Of a stretch of 64,000 nt of DNA, positions 31,564 to 40,589 are shown in pieces. Numbering within the stretch: position 1 is the stretch's first letter; every line of letters begins with the position of its first letter. Under the pieces are notes generated by a model. That model was not told the origin of the DNA and ran no database searches. It saw only the letters and a list, made by a program, of their open reading frames with translations. The DNA is from an uncultured Candidatus Entotheonella sp. (GTDB lineage: Bacteria; Tectomicrobia; Entotheonellia; Entotheonellales; Entotheonellaceae). The DNA is taken from positions 800,001 to 864,000 of the forward strand of contig CBDCDA010000001.1 in the NCBI GenBank assembly GCA_965215335.1. The letters run 5' to 3'. Position numbers and translations under genes: made by a program.

Positions 31564-32802
31564 CAGGGTAAGCGCATATGAGGATTGCCCAGCGTTCTGA
31601 TTCAGGTTATGCAGAGTCATCGCGTGTCAGGACACTCAACCTGGAGAAGAACTGGGCATGGAAAAACTCGCATCGTCCCGACTCCTGGATCACTTTGCCT
31701 CGGTCAGTGATCCGCGCGGCCCCAACATCCGACACTCCTTGTTTGACATCTTCGTGATTGCCCTATGTGCCGTTATCAGCGGCGCCGAGGGCTGGGAAGA
31801 TATGGAGGAGTATGGTCAGGCTCAGGCCGATTGGCTCCAAGAGTTTCTCGACCTGCCCCATGGCATTCCCTCACCCGACACCTTTCGTCGCGTGCTCTCT
31901 CGGCTTCAGCCGGAAGAACTCACCCAGTGCTTTATCAACTGGACGGACAGCCTGCGCGGGTCGCTCGCTGGAGAGATTGTCGCCATGGATGGCAAGACCT
32001 TGCGGCGCTCCTTTGACCGCGCTGCGGCCAAGGGTGCCATCCACATGATCAGCGCTTGGGCCAGTGCCAATCGGCTCGTTTTGGGTCAACTCAAGGTCGA
32101 TGACAAGTCCAATGAAATCACTGCCATTCCCCACTTGCTTGGGCTTTTGGCATTGGACGGGGCGACGGTGACAATCGACGCTATGGGATGCCAAAAGGAG
32201 GTCGCCCGCAGCATCGTCGAACAAGGGGCGGATTATGTCTTGGCTCTCAAAGACAACCATGCGACGCTCCACAATGAGGTCAAGCTCCTTTTCGACGCGG
32301 TCACGACAACCGGGCTGACGGATGTGACGGTCGATCATTATCAGAGCGTCGATGCCGATCATGGTCGTATTGAGACGCGCCGCTATTGGCTGACGAGCGA
32401 TATTGAGTGTTTGGGGGTGAGGGGCTCGTGGGCAGGCATTGCCAGCATTGGCATGGTTGAGGCACAGGTGGAACGTGGCGACGTGGTGTCTTGTGAGCGG
32501 CGTTATTTTCTGACCTCGCTTGGATGTGATGCGGAACGTTTTGCGCAAACCGTGCGGCAGCATTGGGGCATTGAGAATTCGCTCCATTGGGTGCTTGACG
32601 TGAGCTTTCGGGAAGACGACTGTCGGATTCGTCAAGACGCGGGTGCGCAAACGATGTCGGTGCTGCGTCATATCGCCCTGAACCTGATACGACGCGAATC
32701 AAGTCATAAGCGTGGCGTGAAGGCCAGACGAAAACGGGCCGGGTGGGATCACAGCTATCTGCTGCGGGTCTTAACTGGATAATGCCATATGCGCTTACCC
32801 TG
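31564..32802 (+). mobile_element. ISAs1-family element, apparently intact (transposase 31658-32782)
   Basis: Perfect 17-bp TIRs CAGGGTAAGCGCATATG; 10-bp duplication GCGAGCAGGG; uninterrupted 374-aa ORF with DPR, DGK, DAMG, HW.IEN.LHW motifs. Confidence 0.93.
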
Positions 32803-32813
32803 GCGAGCAGGGT

Positions 32814-34075
32814 TAGGGCAATCGACTGAATTTTTTCCGGGGGGGATGACAGGCGTGATCTGATCGGTATTCTCTGATAGAGCGATAGCATAGCTCTGGG
32901 AGGGACAAAGAGATGACCGTAGATTGCGCAGATTCCGATCACACCATCGAGTTCTTGGACAGTTTCGCCGACCTGGAAGACCCACGCCAACAGGCCAAGG
33001 TGCTCTATCCGCTGGAGGAGATCCTGCTGCTGTGCCTGTGCGCGGTGCTCAGCGGCGCCGATTGCTGGGTTGAGATCGCCCTCTATGGCCAGCAGCGGCT
33101 GGAGTTCCTGCGTCGCTTCTTGCCGTTCGAGCACGGCACCCCGTCGCATGACCAACTGGGGATCCTGTTCGCCAAGCTGGATGCCGAACAGTTTCAGCGG
33201 TGTTTCATCGCCTGGGTGGAGCGATTCACGGAGGCGGTGCGCGGGGTGGTGGCGGTGGACGGCAAGACCTTGCGGCGCTCGTTCGACCACGCTGCCGGGC
33301 AGGGGCCGATCCATATGATCTCAGCGTGGAGTTCGCGCCAGCGGATGGTGTTGGGGCAACGCCAGGTAGACCCGAAGTCCAACGAGATCACCGCGATCCC
33401 GAAGTTGCTGGAGTTGCTGGAGCTACGGGGTGCGGTCGTGAGCCTCGATGCGATGGGTACGCAGCGTGCCATCGCCGCCCGGATCATCGACCAGGAAGCG
33501 GATTATGTATTAGGGCTGAAAGGAAATCAGGGGACCCTGCACGAGGACGTGGCGTTGCTGTTTGCCGACCCGCAGGGCGGCTTCGCCGGGCACGAGGTCA
33601 CCGTTCATCGTCACGTCGAGAAGAACCATGGACGCCTGGAGACGCGGCGTGTGGTAGCGACTGAGCAGATCGCGTGGCTGCAGGACAGCCACGATTGGCC
33701 GGGACTGCGCAGCATCGCCAAGGTGGACAGCCGGCGTGAGTTGCTAGTCGAGGGTAAGGTCGAACAGGAGACGCGGTACTACATCAGTTCGCTGCCTGGC
33801 GACGCGCAGCAGATCGGGCAGGCAGTGCGCAGCCACTGGGGGGTCGAGAATGGGCTGCACTGGGTGATGGACATGGTATTTCGGGACGATGAGTGCCGCA
33901 TACGAAGCCAGAACGCACCGGCCAACTTTCGTCACCATCAAGCATATAGCCAGCAATCTGCTGCGGCGAGGCAAGGGCAAGCACAGCATGCGATCCAGTC
34001 GTCACCTCGCGGCATGGAATGAGGACTTCCTCTACTCACTCCTCACCAAGTGACGCTGTTCAGTCGATTGCCCTG
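32814..34075 (+). mobile_element. Second, distinct ISAs1-family element (transposase from 32913, frameshift near 3' end)
   Basis: TIRs TAGGGCAATCGACTGAA / TTCAGTCGATTGCCCTG; 10-bp duplication CGAGCAGGGT; ISAs1 motifs. Confidence 0.9.
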
Positions 34076-34206
34076 CGAGCAGGGTCTGTAAGGCTCCACA
34101 TGTCTGAGTGAACCCTGTTTTGCGATCCGCGAACGACAACACACGGATCCCTTCCCCTTAGAGCAATTTCGGCTCAAAATGGCTTGCTCGTTCGTTACCC
34201 TCCCCA

Positions 34207-34275
34207 TATTACCCCCCTTGAGGGAGAGTCGGCGAAACAAGGGCGTAGCCTGTAGGTGAGCCGGCAAGGAGAACC
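34207..34275 (+). repeat. Solo copy of the REP-like repeat that flanks the DUF559 cassette
   Basis: ACCCCCCTTGAGGGAGAGTCGGCGAAACAAGGGC...GAGCCGG closely matches the reverse complement of 40284-40350. Confidence 0.72.
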
Positions 34276-34379
34276 CCAACGCCATACAAACGATGCAACC
34301 GGATACGGAAATGCCTTGGTCGAGCGTGCATTGCAATCAATGCCTCGGGACGTATCATCGCAACGGTCAAGTCACTTAT

Positions 34380-34853
34380 GGGCATCTTCTAGTAATACGC
34401 ATCTGTCGCCTGGTTCAGAATCACTGCGACACATTACCACGTGATACCGGAGGCGGGGAGAATTGAACATGGCTCAGATGGTTTTTCGATGTCGAGAATC
34501 GCTACGCCGCCTTGGGTGCCAGGCATGACCCCCTGGTGAAGATCAATGCCCTCGTGCCATGGGAAGCGTTCCGCAACCGCCCAGAGGCAGTCTGGCGCAA
34601 GCCACCCGACCAGCGCAAGTCCAATGCCGGGTGCAAGCCCTGGCGCAACCGGTTGCTGTCGTACCCCTTGTCGGCAATCAGGACCCTGGACGCCGGTAGA
34701 GCAGGCACAATCGTAGTTGGGCAGCAGGGGTTGAAGTCGGGCAAACTGCGCATCGGAAAGCCAGAAGTGATGATCGGGCATGATGAGCCTCCCCATGGAG
34801 TCAGAGCCTTGAATCCGATATGTTCAATGATGACCCTTTATAGGTCCTGAACC
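34380..34853. mobile_element. Chimeric IS5 / IS427-like remnant
   Basis: Left part is the IS5 end plus 5' transposase (GGGCATCTTCTAGTAATACGC...); right part is IS427-like and ends GTCCTGAACC-TA. Confidence 0.75.
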
Positions 34854-34867
34854 TAGGGCTTACACCC

Positions 34868-35869
34868 CTATTTCAGCACCTGCGGATTGACCGGGGAGAG
34901 GGGACGGCGCCCCTGCAGCACCGAGGCGATCTCGCGCCCGGCACGCCGGCGCGCCTCGGGCATCATACGCGAGGAGGCTGAAGCCACGTGTGCCGACAGG
35001 ATGACGCTGTCCATCTTGAGCAGGGGGTTATCGGTGTTCACGGGCTCTTGCTCGAACACATCGAGACCGGCCCCGGCGATCCAGCCTTCCTGCAGCGCTT
35101 TGATCAGCGCCTTTTCGTCTACCGTCGGTCCCCGACCGGTGTTGAGGAAGATCGCCGTCGGCTGCATGGCGCGGAAATGTGGCTCCGTGAACATACGTTG
35201 CGTGGCGGGTGACAGTGGCACGTGCATGGAAACAAAGTCGGCGGTCTGCAGCAACTCTTGCAGGCTGCCCGTGACGCCGACCTCGTGTTGCTGCATGACG
35301 TGCTCGTGGATGAAGGGATCGAAGGCGATGACGTGCAGGCCGAACGCCTTGGCGCGCTTGGTGATCAGGCGCGGGATGTTGCCGAAGGAGACGAAGCCCA
35401 AGGTCTGTCCCTGCAGGCGGGGGTACCTGGAAAGTTCCTGGCGGCCCTCGCCCCAACGGCCCTCGCGCACGATGCGGTCCTGCGTGATGAGGCGCCGCCA
35501 ACAGGCGAGCAGCAGGGTCATGGCATGGTCGGCCACTTCCTCGATGAACACGTCCGGCACGTTGGTGACGACGATACCTGCCCGTGTGGCGGCAGGAACG
35601 TCCACGTAGTCGAAGCCGACGCCTGAACCTGCGATAACTCTGCATTTTTCCAGCGCCGCCAGGATCTTCGGCGTCAGGCGCACGCCGCGGCCAATGATGG
35701 CGTCCGCGTCCCTGGCTTGCGCGATGAAGGCGTCCTCGTCCGCGGCATCCAGAACGACGATTTCCGCGCCGATGGGTTCAAGCGCCTCGCGTTCCATCTC
35801 GTAATTGCTGCCGCCGAGATCCGCCAAGGGTCCCGACATCTTCCCTGTAACGACTTTGAACGTTGCCAC
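34868..35869 (-). CDS. D-isomer-specific 2-hydroxyacid dehydrogenase (CtBP-like)
   Basis: GVGFDYVD, TNVPD, EVADHA, HVPL, NTGRG, LDVFEQEP, SAHVA; GTG start at 35869 preceded by GGAGG. Confidence 0.88.
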   Translation of the reverse strand: MATFKVVTGKMSGPLADLGGSNYEMEREALEPIGAEIVVLDAADEDAFIAQARDADAIIGRGVRLTPKILAALEKCRVIAGSGVGFDYVDVPAATRAGIVVTNVPDVFIEEVADHAMTLLLACWRRLITQDRIVREGRWGEGRQELSRYPRLQGQTLGFVSFGNIPRLITKRAKAFGLHVIAFDPFIHEHVMQQHEVGVTGSLQELLQTADFVSMHVPLSPATQRMFTEPHFRAMQPTAIFLNTGRGPTVDEKALIKALQEGWIAGAGLDVFEQEPVNTDNPLLKMDSVILSAHVASASSRMMPEARRRAGREIASVLQGRRPLSPVNPQVLK

Positions 35870-36096
35870 CCGTACCTCCCCGTGCAGATTTTCTTGTCGT
35901 GTTGCGTGATCCTTAACAGCCGGCTGCACTGGCCGTGCCACGTAGCGGCCAATGGGCATTCAGAATAGGAAGTACACGGGCATTTTGCAAACGGACCGGG
36001 ATTCGAAAGACCGCATGCTATACTGCCTCGCCTCATGCCACAAGCCAACCAAATCCCAAGCCACCGCCCGCAGGACCTATGCGAGAAGGAGCATCC

Positions 36097-37029
36097 ATGA
36101 GCATCAAGCTGGGCGTGCACGCAGGACCGCAAGACTTGCCGATGGACGACCTGAAGCGCCTGTGGAAACAGGCCGACGAGGCCGGATTTCATTGGATTTC
36201 CGTATGGGATCACTTCTATGCCAACCCCCTCGAGAGTCGGGCAAACACGTGTTTCGAGGCCGTCGCCGCGCTGGCGACGCTGGCGGCCGTAACGTCCCGG
36301 GCGCGGGTCGGCTGCCTGGTATTCTGCACCTTGTTTCGCAACCCGGGCCTGCTGGCGAAGGCGGCCATCACGGTGGATCACATCAGCGGCGGGCGCTGCG
36401 AGATGGGCTTGGGCGGGGGCTGGTTCGAGGAGGAATTTCGCGACTTCGGCTACGGCTTTCCGCCCATCAAGGAGCGGCTGGACCAGATGGAAGAGGCGGT
36501 CCAGATCATCAAGTCGTTGTTCGAGGAGCCGGTGACCCATTTCACAGGGACATACTACAACGTCCGGGGGGCTGTCTGCGGGCCGAAACCCGTCAACGGC
36601 AAGCTGCCCATCTGGATTGGCGGCCGCGGCCCCAAGCGCACGCCGCGCATGGCTGCCCAATACGCCGACGGGTTCAACCTGCCTTACGTGTCGCCCGAGG
36701 AGTTCCGACAACGCATGGAACAACTGGAGATCGCCTGCGACCGACTGGGCCGGGATCCTGCCGGCATCACACGCAGCGTCAATCTGCACTTCCTCATGGC
36801 TACCGGCGAGGCCGGGGCCAAGAGGACCAGGGAAAGGCTGGAAAAGATTGACCCTGACCGCCGTCAGGGGGCACTTACCGGCACGGTGCAAGAAGTCATC
36901 GATCGCATTGGAGCGTACATGGAGGCGGGCGCCGAGGGGTTGAACATCGCGTTCCGTGCGCCCATTGACTGGGAGGCATTCGAGGCTTACATCGAGAACG
37001 TCTTGCCGGTCTTTCATCGTCCGGCATAA
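36097..37029 (+). CDS. LLM class flavin/F420-dependent oxidoreductase
   Basis: WDHF, RNPGLLAKAAITVDHISGGR...GLGGGW, PIWIGG; ATG at 36097 after GAAGGAG. Confidence 0.86.
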   Translation: MSIKLGVHAGPQDLPMDDLKRLWKQADEAGFHWISVWDHFYANPLESRANTCFEAVAALATLAAVTSRARVGCLVFCTLFRNPGLLAKAAITVDHISGGRCEMGLGGGWFEEEFRDFGYGFPPIKERLDQMEEAVQIIKSLFEEPVTHFTGTYYNVRGAVCGPKPVNGKLPIWIGGRGPKRTPRMAAQYADGFNLPYVSPEEFRQRMEQLEIACDRLGRDPAGITRSVNLHFLMATGEAGAKRTRERLEKIDPDRRQGALTGTVQEVIDRIGAYMEAGAEGLNIAFRAPIDWEAFEAYIENVLPVFHRPA

Positions 37030-37037
37030 CGGACCGC

Positions 37038-37070
37038 CGGGGTCGGCACGAGTCGTTCCTGCCAACCCCG
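37038..37070. terminator. GC-rich hairpin between convergent genes (possible terminator)
   Basis: CGGGGTCGGCA-N11-TGCCAACCCCG; no clear U-tract. Confidence 0.4.
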
Positions 37071-37100
37071 AACGGAGAACGGCGGTGTGACCCAAGGCCG

Positions 37101-37676
37101 CTACAGGCCCTTGAGCACGCTCAGAAGCTCATCATTGGGAACGAGTTCCAGAGGCGGCGTGGTCTTGTTGTAGCGCACCACGCCCTCCTTGTCGATGATC
37201 ATGAAAACCCGCTGGTTGCGCCGGTAAATGACGGGGCCGAAGCCGTCGTCTTCAAGCAGGGCGGGGTCATCGAACAGGGTGCCATAGGCTTGCGACATGG
37301 AGCGGAACATGTCGCTCAGCAACGGATAGGTGAGGCCGAGCTTTTCGGCCCATGCTTTGTTGGCATCGTTGAAATCGACGCTGATACCCAGTACCTGGGC
37401 ATTGGCGGCCTCGAACTTGGGCAAGTCAAGTTGGAAGGCCAGCGCTTCCTGCGTTCAAACGCCGGTAAAGGCACCGACGTAGAAGAATATGACCAGGTGC
37501 TTCTGGCCGATAAAATCGGCCAGTTTCACCTCATCGGCAGTAGTCGCCGGCAGGGCGAAGTCCGGCGCCTTTTCCCCGACACGGAGGGCCGAGGCGGTAT
37601 CGAACCCGCCGCAGACCAGCACTGCCGTAACCAGCAAGGCGGCTACAAACCGCCCGCATCGTTGGATTACCTGCAT
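37101..37676 (-). CDS. Selenocysteine-containing peroxiredoxin (AhpC/TSA, BCP/AhpE-like) with signal peptide; TGA at 37455-37457 read as Sec
   Basis: ORFs 37455-37676 and 37101-37424 are one frame: GEKAPDFAL...FYVGAFTGV-U-TQEALAFQLDLPKFEAANAQVLGISVD...YPLLSD. The TGA occupies the peroxidatic TxxC position. Confidence 0.88.
37407..37440 (-). promoter_or_regulatory. Candidate bacterial SECIS hairpin of the peroxiredoxin
   Basis: mRNA GGCCU-UCC-AACUUG-ACUUGCC-CAAGUU-CG-AGGCC starting 15 nt after the UGA; apical loop about 28 nt from the UGA. Confidence 0.6.
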
Positions 37677-37697
37677 AAAGAGTCTCCTTGTGTGAGG

Positions 37698-38267
37698 TCA
37701 GCTGCGCGGCTGGGCCGCCAGATCGGCAAGGTATTGCCGGAACGGGCCGCTGTCGAAGTCGAAAGGTCCGGAAGCGCGGGCGACGGCCGCGCCCTGGCGG
37801 TTGATCACGAGCGTATACGGTACACTGCGGGCGCCGAGCGCACGGGCCACCGTCATCTTCTGATCGACCAGCGTGGGAAACGTGTATGCATGCCGGGCAA
37901 GGTAAGACTGCACCGTCGGCACACCGCCGCCATCGAGGGAGATTGCGACCACGGCGATGTCTTCATTCGGAAAGGCTTCGTGTACCCTCTGCACGGAGGG
38001 CATCTCGCTGCGGCAAGTCCCTCACCAGGTGGCCCAGAAACGCACGACCACGACCTTGCCTTGCAGGTCCTCGGCACGAACGAGGTTGCCATCGGGGTCG
38101 GGCAGTTCAAAGGCGGGGAGGGTTGTGGGTTGACTCGGAACCTGCATGCCCTGGGGAAGAGCCGGGCCGTCTGCCGCACCTGCGCGCATGGGATGCAACA
38201 TCAAAAGGGCTACCGCGAGCAGGCCGAGCCCTATCCAGGCGCGTCCTGCTCGTCTGAGTTCGGACAT
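37698..38267 (-). CDS. Selenocysteine-containing TlpA/ResA-like thiol-disulfide oxidoreductase (UxxC); TGA at 38022-38024 read as Sec
   Basis: ORFs 38022-38267 and 37698-38003 are one frame: LQGKVVVVRFWATW-U-GT-C-RSEMPSV...VAISLD...SVPYT.VINRQG; hydrophobic N-terminal leader; GGAGG RBS. Confidence 0.9.
37983..38002 (-). promoter_or_regulatory. Candidate bacterial SECIS hairpin of the TlpA-like gene
   Basis: mRNA UGCCCUC-CGUGCA-GAGGGUA; loop begins 27 nt after the UGA with G in loop position 2. Confidence 0.6.
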
Positions 38268-38419
38268 TGTTTTACCTCCTTATGCGGAGTTTCGCGTTGA
38301 GGTAGCGAACCGGGCGCCTTGCTCATTTGCCGGGCTCGGTACCAAGACGGCAAACCATGTCGCCATTGTCGCATTGTATCAGACAAACCGGTGAAACGGA
38401 GCCACAAATTCCAGCATCT

Positions 38420-38963
38420 CCCGCTAACGCGTCGGGCGGTTTGCGGCACGGGTTCGCGGATTGACGTAGAGTCCCACGGTTGCATGCAGTTTGTCCACGA
38501 ACGCCGGATCATGGGAGAGTTTGAAGGTACGCAAGCGGTGCGGCACCAGACCATGCGCCTGCCAGATTTTGCGCACCGTCGAAAAGGCAAGCCTCACCCG
38601 CCCTGCCATCGCTCGCAGTGTCCAGTGAGTCGCCTCGCCATCGGGTAGCGACTTTGGTCAACTCTACGACGTGGCGTATCGTCGAGTCGGGAATCGGCAC
38701 CCTGACCGGCGGGCGTGTCGCGTCGTGGAGCAGTCCGTCCACGCCTTCGAGCATGTAGCGCTGTTGCCAGCGCAGCTTTTCGACTTGCCGGTGCGACACA
38801 TGATTTCCATGGTGCCATGCCCGTGTGCGCTTGCGAGGATGATTCGTGCGCGCCAGACATGCTTTTGCCCGGCGTTTCGGTCCGCCACGATGGCCTCCAG
38901 ACGCCGCCGGTCATCGGGTCCAACCGTAAAGGATACGGCCTCTGGACCGTAACGGCTGTTCAA
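38420..38963 (-). mobile_element. IS630-family transposase remnant
   Basis: DRRRLEAIVADRN..QKHVWRARIIL, RWQQRY..EGVDGLL.D.TRPP, IWQAHGLVPHRLRTFKLSHDPAF...VGLY.NP spread across shifted frames. Confidence 0.78.
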
Positions 38964-39114
38964 TGCGCGCGCTCCTCAGAAGCAAGGGCGGTCTGTTCGG
39001 TGTCGGCTTCGGCGACGAAGGTGAGTCAGGATTCCTCGCTTGGCCTTTCAGGGCATCCCGAAGTTCTTCATCGTGGTTGAAGGCAGAACTGATGAAGGCT
39101 CGTTTCATAGCCAC
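38911..39114 (-). pseudogene. TIR-like (MTH538/DUF1863, ThsB-like) N-terminal fragment
   Basis: MKRAFIS.AFNHDEELRDALKGQARNPDSP resembles the start of MTH538-type TIR proteins; similarity is lost after PDSP. Confidence 0.55.
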
Positions 39115-39117
39115 ACT

Positions 39118-40566
39118 TCAATCTCCTTTCCAGTAAGTATTTTGCACCCGCACCTCCCCCGACACCAGCCTCGGCAGTAGCGTGTCGCGCAGGGTGACAA
39201 GAGTACGAGATTCATTCAGATTCTTGAGGATACGTTCCATTACAGATTTGACCATCACTTCGAACGCCTGAGCCACCTCAACGGGCACCAGTGCCGTTTC
39301 AACGAGGTTGAAGGTCTGCCGCGTAATCGTGTCGAAGATCGTACCGTGGGTTCGCCTTTGTAATTCATCTACAACTGCTCTGACAGACCAGTAGGTGAAG
39401 AAATCGGGATAACCGTCGGAACCTCGAATGCCGTAACAGGTTTGATTCATGGCCATTGGTATTCCAAGACAAGCCAGTCGGCCTACGGTGCCTCTGGCGG
39501 TGATGATAGTTGTTCCTACGGGAAGAATCCTCGCCGAACTATTTTCAACCCCTGCTTGTGTAATTGTTCTTACAGTAGCCACCACGAAGACATCACTCAA
39601 GGCAGGAGCGTCCTTCGCAGTATACCAAGGGATGTCCCCATCCCAATAATTCGGAACCGACGTGCGTGGCGTTCCTCCACCAAGAAGTTCGACCGAGTCT
39701 TTTAGGACGCCGACCGACCACCCCGCCGGTATCTCCCCCAACTCCGAATCGACGAAGCAATCGGGGAACAGCGCCGCAATCTCCGAGTCCATCCTGTCGA
39801 GGTAAGCGCGGGCGCGTTGCACGCTCCAATCACGCCCCCCTTGAGGGGGCGTCGCGGAAGCCAAGCCGTCGGGCGCCGGCTGACGCGGTGGGGGGCCTGT
39901 CAGGGCCTCGTACAGCCGTTCCAGCACGCCGAAACAGTCCGCAAAGACGTCGTGGTTCCAGAAGCGCAGGACCCGGTAGCCCTGCTCTCGCAAAAACCGG
40001 TCTCGCTGTTCGTCGGAGGCGGCGTTCGGTCCCGCGTGCTGGCCGCCGTCCAGTTCGATGAGCAGTTTTTCGGCAAGGCAGGCGAAGTCGGCGATGTACG
40101 GGCCGATGGGCTGCTGGCGGCGAAACTTGTAGCCGCCCAGTTGCTTGTTGCGGAGGTAGTACCACAGCAGCCCTTCCGCGTTGGTGTGGTCTTGGCGCAG
40201 GGTCCGGGCGCGGCGCAAGGTTTGGAGAGTGTACTGGCGTTTGATGTCCGGCCAAGGACGTGGGGGATGCGCGGCGCCGGGTTCCCCCCACCGGCTCGCC
40301 GGCGGGCTGGTGCCCTTGTCTCGCCGACTCCCTCTCAAGGGGGAGTGATTTGACCGTGGGTTGCGGAGGGCGGCCTTGGCGCGCACGGGGTCGAAATCGA
40401 CGAACCAGGATTTGAACAGCGTCCGCGCCATGGCCTCCAGCGTTTCGTTCATGCGCCGGTTCAGTTCGATCTTGTCGTCCAGCGTGCCCAGGATGTGGGC
40501 GATGGCGCGCTGTTCGGGGAGGGGTGGGAGGGGAATTTCGACAAGGCCGATGTCGGACTTCCGCAA
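39118..40566 (-). CDS. hsdS: Type I RM specificity subunit with in-frame DUF559 insertion; N-terminal TRD largely deleted
   Basis: PPLPEQRAIAHILGTLDDKIELNRRMNETLEAMARTLFKSWFVDFDP, GEIPAGW, GGTP, MNQ, LRDTLLPRLVSGE; DUF559 motifs FRRQQPIGPYIADF..IELDGGQH..LRFWN. Confidence 0.85.
   Translation of the reverse strand: MRKSDIGLVEIPLPPLPEQRAIAHILGTLDDKIELNRRMNETLEAMARTLFKSWFVDFDPVRAKAALRNPRSNHSPLRGSRRDKGTSPPASRWGEPGAAHPPRPWPDIKRQYTLQTLRRARTLRQDHTNAEGLLWYYLRNKQLGGYKFRRQQPIGPYIADFACLAEKLLIELDGGQHAGPNAASDEQRDRFLREQGYRVLRFWNHDVFADCFGVLERLYEALTGPPPRQPAPDGLASATPPQGGRDWSVQRARAYLDRMDSEIAALFPDCFVDSELGEIPAGWSVGVLKDSVELLGGGTPRTSVPNYWDGDIPWYTAKDAPALSDVFVVATVRTITQAGVENSSARILPVGTTIITARGTVGRLACLGIPMAMNQTCYGIRGSDGYPDFFTYWSVRAVVDELQRRTHGTIFDTITRQTFNLVETALVPVEVAQAFEVMVKSVMERILKNLNESRTLVTLRDTLLPRLVSGEVRVQNTYWKGD
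39828..39895 (+). repeat. REP-like palindromic repeat (arm 1 of inverted pair around DUF559)
   Basis: AATCACGCCCCCCTTGAGGGGGCGTCG...CGCCGGC...CGGTGGGGGG with an internal hairpin. Confidence 0.75.
40284..40350 (-). repeat. REP-like palindromic repeat (arm 2, inverted)
   Basis: Reverse complement reads AATCACTCCCCCTTGAGAGGGAGTCG...CGCCGGC...CGGTGGGGGG. Confidence 0.75.
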
Positions 40567-40589
40567 CCCAAATCGAGTTATTCCGTTTG

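Noticed and set aside
37101..38267. Reading the TlpA and peroxiredoxin genes as nonsense-mutated pseudogenes
   Set aside because: Two independent TGA codons, both exactly at the catalytic Cys, with no other lesions and each followed by a hairpin, are far better explained by selenocysteine.
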